A DNA stretch of 63,717 nucleotides, counting the filler, from Globobulimina sp. (Eukaryota), in assembly GCA_003354225.1 (NCBI GenBank). It is 39 parts of 39 records of this genome, joined end to end, with 100 filler letters (N's around TTAATTAATTAA, not from the genome) between each part and the next. Parts side by side here need not be neighbours in the genome. Positions count along the whole stretch, not along the records: positions 34,378 to 35,913 come from PIVH01015152.1; positions 36,014 to 37,549 come from PIVH01015153.1; positions 37,650 to 39,185 come from PIVH01015154.1; positions 39,286 to 40,821 come from PIVH01015155.1; positions 40,922 to 42,457 come from PIVH01015156.1; positions 42,558 to 44,093 come from PIVH01015157.1; positions 44,194 to 45,729 come from PIVH01015158.1; positions 45,830 to 47,365 come from PIVH01015159.1; 31 more parts are not named here. One strand, 5' to 3'. The position numbers were made by a program, and so were the translations under genes. Positions within the stretch are counted from its first letter, which is position 1; each line of letters starts with the position of its first letter. Positions 35,477 through 47,465 of this stretch are shown here, one piece after another. The notes under the pieces are model-generated. The model was not told the origin of the DNA. It did not search any database and worked only from the letters and a program-made list of their open reading frames with translations.

Positions 35477-36210
35477 CACAGCGGCCTGAGAGAGGCCAAA
35501 TAAGTATCACTTAGCCAAGGGGAATGGGGATCGGTTTCTGGCCATTGATTGGTCAGCCTACTGCCATTTATAAGGAGGCACTAGCAGAACAAAAGGATTA
35601 AGGAATTAGGCCACCAGACGTCCAATGGGTTCTATAGAGGGGAAGCCACCTGTGTCAACAACAGGGGCAAACTAGCTCCCACCTCCTAAGTGACAGGGAA
35701 ATTTTACTCCGGACCTATAAATTTTTATTGCTAACAAACAACATAATACTTTTGGATATGGCTCTGATTTTGATGTATAACACAAGAATGACTTTGATTG
35801 ATACAGTACATACATACAGTAGTAGGCGTAGTTGTGTACATAGCAGTGGGTAAGGTATATTGCATCAAATGATGCTAGATGCAAAAAGATTTACACAATG
35901 TAAGATCATATTTNNNNNNNNNNNNNNNNNNNNNNNNNNNNNNNNNNNNNNNNNNNNTTAATTAATTAANNNNNNNNNNNNNNNNNNNNNNNNNNNNNNN
36001 NNNNNNNNNNNNNTTAAATCGGTTTCATATGAATTTAATACTAAATTGGGTTAAATTCATTAATGGGAAACCGATTTAAAGTTGGCAGACTAAAGCGGAA
36101 GTGACATGTAATTGAACCTTCCAGTTATAGCTCACAGAAAAAAGTTAGTTAGCAGGAGTCTAATAGTTTCCATGCCATGACAAGCTTACATTTTAGCTGT
36201 GTGATTTTAG

Positions 36211-37456
36211 TCATTTTACAAGCATTTCTATCGCCCATGCTAGAATACCAGATGATGCTATACCTAACGATAAGGAAAACTCCATTACTGCGGCTCCAAT
36301 TTCTTGTTCCTCATCATTGAGCAATTCACCATATTTCATAAATATATAACAGCTCAACTGGCCATGGCTCAATCCAAGTATTACTGTGAAAATATATATT
36401 AATATATCATTGGTCCAAACAGGTTTGTAAAATAAAATAACAATTGGTATTAAAACAAATCGTACAATTGCTAAATATCGTAGATTATTAAAATTAATAT
36501 TAATAACTACAAATTGTCTGCCAATATAATCAGATATTGCATAAATCGACGTTATTATCACAGTATTCCATCCAGCTACGTTTAACGCTTTATGCTGTGA
36601 TTCAATATTTGCTAAAAGCGGAAAGATTGTACAGGTTACCAAAAAAATTAAAAACATTGTGATTTGTGGAACTTGTAATTTTTTCATTATGTTTTTATAA
36701 TGATTGGGTGCAATTATTTTTGATTCTGTATTTATGTTTGTACCATGATTATTTGTGCTGGCATTCAGCGAATGTCTAACAAAGTCTGTACGTAATGACA
36801 GATAATATAACTCTGCGCCAAATATCAAGATGATAGCGGAGATAATAAAAAATATTAAAGCTCCAAATTCCTGTGAATTGGAGAAAAATAATTTTGTCGC
36901 TATTTTTAAAATGGATGCAATTAAACTTGACGCGCTTTGGCCGACAAACGCAATTTGAACATATCTAAGTTTAATTACAATTGTTTTTTGGTTTTTGTTT
37001 GGTTGGATGATGGATCAAAACATACTTTTCGGAAAATGATTGAGCAAAAGCAATGATAGAAACGCATAATACACCGCATGTTGCTCCGCATAAACAACCA
37101 ATTAATAGTAGGAAAGTATAAATGTGAGCATAAATGGGAATTATTACAAATACAATGGCTGTGAATATGGTACAAACTATAATTCTGGATTTAATTGTAA
37201 TAATCTCATTGAAGTTAATAAGAAATGCAATGGATCCAAAATTAAAAATGTTGTGCATCATAGTTAGATGTAAAATAATGTTCACGTTTTTATGTTTCTC
37301 TTTGAAATAATCGAACGATGATACTAAGCTTGTGTAAGGAAGCAATGTACCAACACCAAGCACCAAACATGTCAAATAAGTAAGGTGGAATTTATCCACA
37401 ACACAGATATCTTGTGCATCATCTGATTTAGGCTGAGTATTAGTTTCCATTTCCAT
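36211..37456 (-). CDS. Equilibrative nucleoside transporter (SLC29), intron 36965-37025
   Basis: LGVGTLLPY, DYF, spliced YVQIAFVGQS, FLVTCTIFP, SDYIGR, LGLSHGQL, QEIGAAVM. Confidence 0.9.
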
Positions 37457-38012
37457 TTGCTTTGAATTGAGTAAAAAATAAAAAGTTTTTTGCAAGTGTT
37501 CAAAAAATGTCAACGTGAGATAACCCATTTTGAGAAACAGTGTTCGCATNNNNNNNNNNNNNNNNNNNNNNNNNNNNNNNNNNNNNNNNNNNNTTAATTA
37601 ATTAANNNNNNNNNNNNNNNNNNNNNNNNNNNNNNNNNNNNNNNNNNNNGGAAAAAAACATAAAAAATGTTTAGTAATTTTACATTTTATTGCAATTGTG
37701 GTGTCTGACAGACACAGACGCATATTGATGACAACAACAGTTGGAGAATGAGAATGGAACATTGACGAAGGAACGAGATGCGTTGGAATATCGGGTAAAA
37801 CACATGAAAGAAGCATTGAAACAATATTCCGATAGCAAAAAATAGATTTTGTGTTGGTTTCATTTCTTTTTGTTTTTTTTGTCATTAATAATTTATAGAT
37901 TTATAAAGTACCATAGTTCATAGAGCAGAGACACACACGAAGCATAGTTGAAGTTTTGAACAAGGAAAACATTTTACAAAATATTTAGAACAATGAAGCG
38001 AATTATTTATAA

Positions 38013-39185
38013 TTATTTGGCTTGAAATTGTTTAATAATCGACCTCAGTCCATCAACTTCCGTAGCCGTATTTTTTACTAATTCAATTTTTGATGTTTGT
38101 AACCATTCGATTTGTTGCGTTAATTTATCAATTTCAAGTTGTAATTGGTGATTTATAGCAAACGAATTATCGTATAAAACAATAGATGATTTTTGCGCAT
38201 GTTTTCCGCCATTTCGTATTATTCCATTCATATCAGAATTAATAATACTAGTATTATGATTTTGTGTTATCGTTGAACTATCAATATTATGTTTAGCTAT
38301 TTTATCATTAAATTCTTTTTCATACTGTGCTATTAATCGTTCTTCCTCTTCAATTATGCGTTGTTGTTCATGAAATTCATTATCATATTCCATTATTTTT
38401 TCATCATATTCAGCGGTTAATGATGTATGTTGCTCTGATTTATCCATTTCCTCACTAAATACCATATTCTCAATTTTTATTTGATCTAATTTTGTTTTGA
38501 TTGCTTCCAAGTCTCTCTCTAATTGTATTAGTTCTTGACCATCACTATCGATATCTTCTTCTGCTTCATCACCATCTCTATATTCATCCTTTTCTGTGTC
38601 TTCAGGAATGACATCAACGGGTCTATATAGAGGCAATTATAAATATAGTAATGTGATTTCATGAGTGCTTTACTTAATTACTTTGCAATTGTGTTATCAG
38701 ATGGAACTGCTGCACTTGGAGGAGGCGGCGATGCTGAGGATTCATGTTGATTTAAAGCAGGGTGTGTATTTGGGTCTGGTTCATCAAAAAATGTCATTGT
38801 ATTTATTGGTGTAGCTGACTGTACTTCCATTGGAATTTCCTCTGAAAAATGTGATTGCAATACTGAGACTGCTGGTTCGTCGTTGGGATCTGGTTCGTAA
38901 AAGAAATCCATGCTCGTACCAGGCACTCCGAATTAAGTGAACTAAGCTTCATTAAAAAACCACTCTACTGTCAGACTACAGATGACTGCTTTTCAGACTT
39001 TGGTACTAATTTGTGGCGTTCTTTCTTTTTATTACTGTTGGTTGTAAATACAATATTTAGGATTGTGCAATGATGGTGTTTTTAATCGGAATAATGTTTA
39101 TTTGTAATGCGAATTCAAAGACATTTCACAGTGTTTCCTTTTTTGCTGCCAGTTATCAATCATTATCACATAACTATTTGTCACA
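38013..39185 (-). CDS. Spliced acidic/coiled-coil protein, 3' part
   Basis: Consecutive minus-strand ORFs with a C-terminal coiled coil (LQTSKIELVKNTATEVDGLR). Confidence 0.5.
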
Positions 39186-39285
39186 NNNNNNNNNNNNNNN
39201 NNNNNNNNNNNNNNNNNNNNNNNNNNNNNTTAATTAATTAANNNNNNNNNNNNNNNNNNNNNNNNNNNNNNNNNNNNNNNNNNNN

Positions 39286-39585
39286 GATTTAATCATTCAT
39301 GAAAGAATCCATAGTGGTGAAAAAGAGGAAATTTGCAGTTTTTGTTTTGCTGCATTTGTTCATCCATCAACGCTACAAAAACATATTAAATATGTACATT
39401 CAAAGTGTGCCGATCCATTTATTTGCAAAAAATGCAACAAAAGATTTTCAAGGAAATTCTCGTTACAAAAACATTTACAAAGCCATTTAAAGAGAGACTT
39501 CCGGAAATTGGTCGATTGCAATCTATGCAATGCATCGTTTATTTCTATCACAAATTGCAATCGCCATAAAAGGGAATTTCATTGA
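39286..39585 (+). CDS. C2H2 zinc-finger protein, C-terminus, absent from the ORF track
   Basis: HERIHSGEKEEICSFC...HIKYVH, FICKKCNKRF...HLQSH, CNLC...HKREFH, stop. Confidence 0.9.
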   Translation, partial: DLIIHERIHSGEKEEICSFCFAAFVHPSTLQKHIKYVHSKCADPFICKKCNKRFSRKFSLQKHLQSHLKRDFRKLVDCNLCNASFISITNCNRHKREFH

Positions 39586-39869
39586 AAAATAATTTAACAT
39601 AAATATTGAATGTAAATTATTGTATTATTGTCTTTATCACTAAGTACTATCTAAAAAACATTCGTTGCTCGCATTTTCGCATTACAATTTTGCGGATTTT
39701 TGTCATTTTAATTAATTAACATGTCATAAACTTATAAATCTGAAAAATTATAGGTTGTGAGTATCTCAATTCTAATCAGAAACAGCCAGAAGTTTCCCTC
39801 ATTGTAAGATTTAAACTGCGAAGTTTTTGAGCTAAAATAATCAAACACTATCAAAAATAAATAAAAATA

Positions 39870-40556
39870 TTATGTGCTTTGTTTTTGTTCATAAAATGCA
39901 TTTGTTTGCGAACAGATAGCATCCAACTGACACACAGTCGACTCAAAGCTTCCATTTTCCTGTCTATACGTTTGACGAATCAATGCCTTATCCATCGACT
40001 TATATTTCCCATATAATTTATTTAACTCCGCCTCCTTATCACCACCGCTCAGTGCCTTTTCATCATTTAAATCCAGTTCAAAATTCTCCGCAAATGCAAT
40101 TTTCTTCCCACCCGATGATGGGATATCGGCGAAAATATTTCCAAACAATTCGTCCAATGTTACATTCCCTTGTTCCGCCACTTTATTTTTAATGGCATTC
40201 AACTGCTCAAACGACATATGATCCGCCACTTTATTCTGAGCGTCAGATTCATTTTCATGTTCATCAAATGACTCATCATATTCTTCGTAATATGAAGTTG
40301 TCGCGGAATCATAGTCCCTATCCTCACTTTGTACGGGTTGCTTATGGATGGCGTCTTTTTCCTTTTTCTCATGATATACATCATAATCACTGCTCCAAAT
40401 CTCTTTCTTATACACAATATCTACAATATGGTCCACATGGAAATCAGTCAATGTCATGGCGATTTGGAAGGGCCAGGCGGCATTTTGTAGAGCATATTTC
40501 CGCGTGGCGGAATTGTATCTTTGCTTGTATTCGTCGCGCAGATAATCTACTTTCAA
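39870..40556 (-). CDS. Protein with a C-terminal CUE-like ubiquitin-binding domain
   Basis: LNKLYGKYKSMDKALIRQTYRQENGSFESTVCQL resembles CUE. Confidence 0.45.
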   Translation of the reverse strand: MKVDYLRDEYKQRYNSATRKYALQNAAWPFQIAMTLTDFHVDHIVDIVYKKEIWSSDYDVYHEKKEKDAIHKQPVQSEDRDYDSATTSYYEEYDESFDEHENESDAQNKVADHMSFEQLNAIKNKVAEQGNVTLDELFGNIFADIPSSGGKKIAFAENFELDLNDEKALSGGDKEAELNKLYGKYKSMDKALIRQTYRQENGSFESTVCQLDAICSQTNAFYEQKQST

Positions 40557-40921
40557 CCAATACTTGTTGGCCTACAAAAAAAAACAAAGGTCATTTTGGC
40601 TCATTTGCTTAATCAAAGAAAGTGGAAAAAAACATCTTTTTTTTTTTTGCGGAAAATGCTGACTAGTTTTAAATAATACGAAAACGAATAATTTGGTCAG
40701 TAAAACATGTACAAAAAAAAACAGAAACACTTTCACACAAACCATGCACAAAAAAGTCAGAGATTATTCGTTTCCGTGTTATTTAAAACTAGTCATCGAA
40801 ATTTTATAAAAGAGCTAAAAANNNNNNNNNNNNNNNNNNNNNNNNNNNNNNNNNNNNNNNNNNNNTTAATTAATTAANNNNNNNNNNNNNNNNNNNNNNN
40901 NNNNNNNNNNNNNNNNNNNNN

Positions 40922-41620
40922 TACATGGATTTGATGCAAATATTTATTTGATTTATTTTTTTCCGATTCAACCTGTTCTTTGTGTGTAGATATTATTATT
41001 TTATCTTTTTTTATGGTTTGGAGATATTCTGAGTTTTGCCTCGTTAACACATTAATTTCCAGCTGATGTTGTTTGTTACTTTCTGCAGTTTGTTGTTTTA
41101 AATAATTAATTTTAATATCATTGTCAGATTCTGTTAATTTATATTGCTTTACAGTATTAATTAATTTATTTTTCTGTTCATTGATCTCATTATATTTATT
41201 TGATAATGCCTCACTTTGATATTGTCTCAGATCTTCCAATTTATTTCTTTCATTGATTAAGTTTTGTTTTTCTTTTGTTAATTTTTCCATTTTACCATTA
41301 TACGTTGCGATGTTTGATGCATTCTCTTTGGTTAACAGTTCAACGTTTCGCTGCAATGTCTCTGTTTGTAATATAAATTCTTCCCTTTCAGCAGCAAGAT
41401 GCTTAGTCAGTTGCTGGATAATTGCATTTTTTGGATCCACTAATCCTTTTGTAGCCACTTTTTTGTATTTTAAAGCAGCACGTCCTGTTAAAAAGACTTT
41501 CTTCTTCACATTTGTTTGTCGGAACTTTATCCGAGATTCCAGTAAATTTGTATCGAGATCTGAGTCATCTGAATCGCTGTCACATTCCACTCTGTGATAT
41601 GCAACATGCACCTTCGACAT
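40922..41620 (-). CDS. Coiled-coil protein, 5' part
   Basis: Heptad-rich ORF, open to the contig end. Confidence 0.6.
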
Positions 41621-41713
41621 CAAAATCGTATTGGCGGTGTTGATCGTGTTGTTTTGTCAGAGTTAATTTAAATATTTAAAATCCTAGTGACCTACTAGTT
41701 AATCTTTTACGCA

Positions 41714-42457
41714 ATGGCAACTGCATTAAACAATCACGAAAACAACAGTACTATTCAATTATCCCTAGATGCCACACAAAACCAACATCGTGTAACACTT
41801 GTCAATGAGCCTGACAATGATAGTTTTGGCGCTTTCTCGCCAAGCAAAACACCGTGCAACACACCAAAACAAGCCAATCTGCGAAAAAGCACTGGAATGC
41901 AATTCCCAGCCACTGCAACCTCGATGATTCAATATAGCAAAGATTACGAGAAATTATCCCGAAAGAAAAACAAAAAACGAATTCGTGCCAAACATAAGTA
42001 CAAAAACAGAGAAAAACACGCTACAAACAGCAGCTCCGGCAGAACAACAAAAATCTCACAAATCGAGATCTATGACATAATCAACGACGACGATCTCGAA
42101 TATAAAGCTCAATTAACCGAAGAAAAATCAGTGCACAAAAAACATAAGGAAGTAGAGACTGAGTTCAATGATAACATATTAAAAAAGGCAAAACGCCCAC
42201 TTTACGTATTAATATTTATCACCATATTATTCATTGCTGTATTCGCCATGAATTTCATTGAAGAATTACAATTTTTCCTATTCAATGGCTTATCGCCGTC
42301 CTCCTTATCCATCTTAACTATAATTCCCTTTTTCCTTTGTTTCAAATACTTTGAATCGAAAATCATATTTCAACACAAAATCATTTACAGCAAAATCGTG
42401 GAAACCTATTCATTGCACGAAAAATTGCAAAATAAAATCAACGAAAACTTACTGCAG
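41714..42457 (+). CDS. Membrane protein, 5' part
   Basis: Disordered N-terminus followed by two TM helices. Confidence 0.55.
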
Positions 42458-42558
42458 NNNNNNNNNNNNNNNNNNNNNNNNNNNNNNNNNNNNNNNNNNN
42501 NTTAATTAATTAANNNNNNNNNNNNNNNNNNNNNNNNNNNNNNNNNNNNNNNNNNNNT

Positions 42559-44073
42559 TATTTTTTACCAAATACCATGATTTTGACCAAAAATGGACTT
42601 AAACCAATAAGTGATATTAACGTTGGTGAAGAAATATTTTGTTGTAATTTTGATACTCATTCAGTGGAATTTGAAGCAGTAAGAAAAATAATAAAATCAC
42701 AAATTACACGATGGATTAATATTAAATTTAATAATGGTAAAAAAATACAATGTTCCTTGCATCAACCATTATTTTCTGTGCATCAAAATAAATGGTGTTC
42801 GTTCAGTGAATCAAATGATAAATCCGAAAATATTGGGAATCTAAATATTGGTGATTCTGTTTTATATTTTGATCGATATCAAATGGAAATGCAATCCGTT
42901 ATAATTACCGATGTTGAAGTTAATGAAATTCAGCATAACGATGTATTGGAAGTGATTAATATTGATTTAGAACATAATCATAATTATTTTGGAAATGGTA
43001 TTATTTTACATAATGCGATGCAAATATTCGTCAAAACATTAACTGGAAAAACCATTACTTTGGATGTTGAGCCAAATGAGATCATCCAAAATGTTACAGC
43101 AAAAATTGAGGATAAAGAAGGAATTCCGGGTGAACAACAAAGATTGATTTTTGCCGGAAAACAATTAGAAAACGGACGTTCTTTGAGTGATTATAATATT
43201 CAGAAAGAGTCTACGCTTCATCTTGTATTGAGATTAAGAGGCGGACGACATATTTTTGTTGATAATGTATTGCAAAAACATCGAGATTATGGTCAAGATG
43301 ATACATTAAAGACAGTTCAGGAATTTATTGCATTTTGGTGTAATGAATTAAAATGGAAACGCAATAAAATGAGAATTATAATCGATGGATTTCAAATGAA
43401 GGATAAACTGAATGCGAAATTGGATAAATTAGATTGGTGGTTACATTTAAAACCAATTCATATTGAAAATAGCAGAAAAAAATCAAAAACATTACGAAAT
43501 CATGAAATTATAGTTATTGATCAGAGTGCAAAATGTCGGACAGTGGTTACAAATGAAAATTGGAATATTGATAAAGTTCGAAATGAATTAAAAAGTATTA
43601 ACAACGATAATCCTCATTTTATTTATAATGGACAATATTTACATAACACAAAAACAGTGAAATCATATGATATTCCATCAAAAGCTCAGTTATTAATGGT
43701 TCCATCGGATAGGGGAGGAAATGTAATTCATTTTATGTCTTGGTTAAAATATGAAGATGAAAAAAAAGAATTTGATTCGAATGAATTAACTGTGGATATT
43801 TTACGTGAATCATTGAGTAAAACAAATGATAAAAAATTAGTAAATATTGCAATAGAGCGAGGAAAAGCAATTATTAATGACGCCAAAAAAGAAAATAAAG
43901 AGTTAAATAATATCAATGATGCAGCGTTGATTGCAATTAATTTATGGACCACAAATTTAGTTTATAGAAACGTTAATGCATCGTTGGAAAAAAAATATAA
44001 TTTAGAAATTTGGAAAATGTTTTTAAATTTAATCGATTATGGACTACGACAATTACCGTATCAATTAAGTTAG
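42559..44073 (+). CDS. Hint (BIL-like) - ubiquitin - Ubl - Ubl - ART polyprotein, partial
   Basis: Hint 42559-43014 ([26 protein letters not shown] ... [12 protein letters not shown]), Ala, ubiquitin 43018-43245, divergent Ubl (RHIFV...[10 protein letters not shown]), Ubl ending PSDRGG at 43719, and ART N-terminal helices [18 protein letters not shown]...[10 protein letters not shown]. The stop probably lies inside an intron (GT at 44058 or 44069). Confidence 0.88.
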   Translation, partial: YFLPNTMILTKNGLKPISDINVGEEIFCCNFDTHSVEFEAVRKIIKSQITRWINIKFNNGKKIQCSLHQPLFSVHQNKWCSFSESNDKSENIGNLNIGDSVLYFDRYQMEMQSVIITDVEVNEIQHNDVLEVINIDLEHNHNYFGNGIILHNAMQIFVKTLTGKTITLDVEPNEIIQNVTAKIEDKEGIPGEQQRLIFAGKQLENGRSLSDYNIQKESTLHLVLRLRGGRHIFVDNVLQKHRDYGQDDTLKTVQEFIAFWCNELKWKRNKMRIIIDGFQMKDKLNAKLDKLDWWLHLKPIHIENSRKKSKTLRNHEIIVIDQSAKCRTVVTNENWNIDKVRNELKSINNDNPHFIYNGQYLHNTKTVKSYDIPSKAQLLMVPSDRGGNVIHFMSWLKYEDEKKEFDSNELTVDILRESLSKTNDKKLVNIAIERGKAIINDAKKENKELNNINDAALIAINLWTTNLVYRNVNASLEKKYNLEIWKMFLNLIDYGLRQLPYQLS

Positions 44074-44193
44074 GATTTATATTTATTTATGAANNNNNNN
44101 NNNNNNNNNNNNNNNNNNNNNNNNNNNNNNNNNNNNNTTAATTAATTAANNNNNNNNNNNNNNNNNNNNNNNNNNNNNNNNNNNNNNNNNNNN

Positions 44194-44474
44194 ATGCACA
44201 GAAATGATAACTTAACGTTAAATTTTGTAACGTCTTTCTCTTTTGATAATAATTGAGATAATGGTAAAATACTATTAAATTCATGATTTTTTCTTTTCTT
44301 TTTGGAGATAAAATGATGATAATATGGTCCACAATCCTCGCAATAAAATTCTTCGCGACATTGCTCATGTTTACAAATATACAATTCATCATTATCAATG
44401 TTGGATTCCTCACACTTACACTTGATTTGAACTAAATTAAGCTCAACTTTTTGTTCAACTTTCTGTTCCGCCAT
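44194..44474 (-). CDS. B-box zinc-finger protein, 5' part
   Basis: CKC...YICKHEQC..FYCEDC...HH...KNHE. Confidence 0.55.
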
Positions 44475-44534
44475 TTGTTGATGAGATCTTTTCAAAATTA
44501 ATAAAGATAAAAACCCAAACTAGAAAGATAAAAA

Positions 44535-45729
44535 ATGTCAGATTATGATTTTGACGATGGCACTCTACTTAATCTGATGATTGAATTATCTACAAATCAA
44601 AGCAACCATTACCATCACCGTCATCTACATACATACGATAAGTTGAAACAAAATGCCATAAATAGTATACATCGCATAGTTAATGATGAATCAATCTCAG
44701 ATTCATTCTATAAATCAAAGCAATTACACACACACACAAATGAACAATCCATTCATTCATTGCATAATTTGCCCATTCCTCATTCAATGAATGATATCAA
44801 AAGAAGAGATATATGCAACCAATCCATTAATACAACAAAATTACTGAGCAGAATATTTGAAACTGAATCAGATGACAATAATATTAATATTAATATGGAT
44901 ATCGATGATGATGAAGATACGAATGAATTTAATTTGACACTGTATGACAAGGACTCGATGTTAAAAACAGAAATAAAGGAAATAAATCAGGTTGATTTCA
45001 GTGCGATGGTTATTGGGCGGTTACAAATGTTTAATTGGTGTTCATCCTTAAATTATGAGACAAGAATAGATATTATTTATAATCCAAATAATCTGCAATT
45101 TAAAAATAAATTAATTGAATATAATATGTCGACTGTCAATGATAATTATTGTCATTTATTGTTTCGTTTATCATTTTGTAGCAATCAATCATTGGCCACA
45201 TGGTTTATCCAACGCGAATGTGAATTGTTGAGAATTAAATATTGTAAATCAAGCTTAAATGTTAAACATAGGTTTGAGCAACAAATAGGTGTCAAAAATA
45301 GGGAGAAATTATATTTTTCAGATTTATTATCTGCAAATTTATTGAATAAATGGCCGATTCCTAACTTAACGGCTTCATCAGCTACAATCAAATGGATGCC
45401 ATATCACAGAATTCCATTTCTCGATTGTTTGTGTTTAATAAAAAGAAGGAAAATATATTTATTCAATGGTTTTGGATATGTTCCAAACTATTTATTTCAT
45501 CTCATTGTTGAGCAAAAATATAGAAAACATTTACGAAATAAATTGGATAAAATAAAGGAATTAAATTTATTAAGTGATAATTTTTTGGACCAACATCCGA
45601 AATTTGCATATGAAATAAATAAAATTAAACATATTTTTGATGCATTTGTCTTAAAAAAAATATCCATCAATGATTACAATTTAAATAGAAATGATATGAA
45701 TAATAATTTGCATTTATGTATGAGTGTTG
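44535..45729 (+). CDS. PRIM2: DNA primase large subunit-like, partial
   Basis: DNYCHLLFRLSFC...WFIQRECELLRIKY, HRIPFLDCLCLIKRRKIYLFNGFGYVP, LHLCM. Confidence 0.8.
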
Positions 45730-45909
45730 NNNNNNNNNNNNNNNNNNNNNNNNNNNNNNNNNNNNNNNNNNNNTTAATTAATTAANNNNNNNNNNNNNNN
45801 NNNNNNNNNNNNNNNNNNNNNNNNNNNNNATAAATACAATTTGACAGTAAAGACAATTCAAATCTGTAATGGGGCAACAAGGGATAACAGATTGTGCAAG
45901 GATAAAAAA

Positions 45910-46428
45910 TCAAAAAGTTGTCCAATTTGCAAATGAGTTATCATCATGGTCATGAACACCCGAAATGAGATCAATTTGAGCATTATTATTATTATTATTT
46001 TTTTGGTTTGGCAATGCTTGTTTTGGTGGCTTTGGTTGCTTTGCCAATAATGCTTTATATTTAATATATAAATTGTTATATTTTGTTTGCCAATGTTCTA
46101 CTTCTTTCTGTGATTGATCATATTTATTTTTCCACATTGATTCTGAATGATTTATTGAAGCTGCCGTCTTTTTTTTAAATATCTGTTGAGGATAATTGTC
46201 TTTGTTGTTGTAGTGATTGTCATGTTCATCATCAGTGGTTGTTGTTATTCGTATCATTGCAGTGGAATAATGCTCATCGGGCAAGTCATCCTCTTCGTTA
46301 TTCAGTATATACTGATTATGAGAATCTTTCACATGATTACAGTCTTTGCACAAACCGGGTGTTAATATAGACTTTGAATATGACTGACAATTACAATTTA
46401 ATTTACTACATGCGCCATGGCCTGACAT
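45910..46428 (-). CDS. Hypothetical protein with an N-terminal Cys/His motif and a short coiled coil
   Basis: GACSKLNCNCQSY...CKDCNH...H, WKNKY...WQTKY. Confidence 0.55.
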   Translation of the reverse strand: MSGHGACSKLNCNCQSYSKSILTPGLCKDCNHVKDSHNQYILNNEEDDLPDEHYSTAMIRITTTTDDEHDNHYNNKDNYPQQIFKKKTAASINHSESMWKNKYDQSQKEVEHWQTKYNNLYIKYKALLAKQPKPPKQALPNQKNNNNNNAQIDLISGVHDHDDNSFANWTTF

Positions 46429-46607
46429 TTTACTTCAAACAAAAGTTTTATTTTTAGAAATGACTTTCTCCAATCTCGTATAAAATATATAATCCGTACG
46501 TAGTTCCGTACTAATTAAATACAAGGTTTCCGTCATATTCCCGATATACAAAAACGCTTAAATATACAGTCAGATTTCGTTTTGCTCCATATATTTAATT
46601 AAGGGCA

Positions 46608-47365
46608 ATGAATCATGCATATGCTGTCAGGAAAAGAAGGTCACAATTATTGGTAAGTGGGTACGTCAGAAAATGTAGGACCCGATACATTCATAAAGAT
46701 ATTATTGGTGTAATTCATGCATTCCATTATTCTATTCTATTGTCATTATATTCTATTGGTAACAACTTCTATGGACAACAAGGAAATGGAGGAAATGAAG
46801 ATATTGGAAGAATAACAAAAATAAAAACATTTGAAAAAAAAATAAAAAATATTGTTACTTGTGGTGGTATTTGCAATGGTTTAGCAGCATATATTTTATT
46901 TGATGATGAAACATATGAATGTTGTGGTTCTAATGTAAAGGGTGTATTAGGTGTTGGCCATTATAATAATATTAATATATGGCATCAAATAAAAGATATG
47001 AAAATAGAAAATATATTTTCCTCATACGCATCATGTCATTCATTTTGTATTTCAAATGAGAATAAATTGTATGCTGTCGGAAATAATGATTTTGATAAAT
47101 TTGGTATGAAAACAAATGAACAAAATAATAATCAATGGACACCAATTAATACATCATTATCCATTCAAAAAGTAGCCACATCAACGCAGTGTACAACATT
47201 TTTAAGTGCAAATGGTAAAATATATGTTGCTGGGTGTGCTTATGGTTGCGGCGGTTTAGGATTAGGTGAAGGTATTAGATCATCGACAAATATTCAAGAA
47301 ATTCAAATAAAAATAAAATTCCAGGATATATATTGTGGACAGGATCATACCTTAGCACTTGATGA
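46608..47365 (+). CDS. RCC1-repeat protein, 5' part
   Basis: YSIGNNFYGQQGNG, CGSNVKGVLGVG, YAVGNN, IYCGQDHTLALD. Confidence 0.85.
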
Positions 47366-47465
47366 NNNNNNNNNNNNNNNNNNNNNNNNNNNNNNNNNNN
47401 NNNNNNNNNTTAATTAATTAANNNNNNNNNNNNNNNNNNNNNNNNNNNNNNNNNNNNNNNNNNNN

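Noticed and set aside
42559-43017. Canonical splicing intein or Hedgehog protein
   Set aside because: No endonuclease, a +1 Ala, no conserved host extein pair and no sterol-recognition region. BIL-like fits better.
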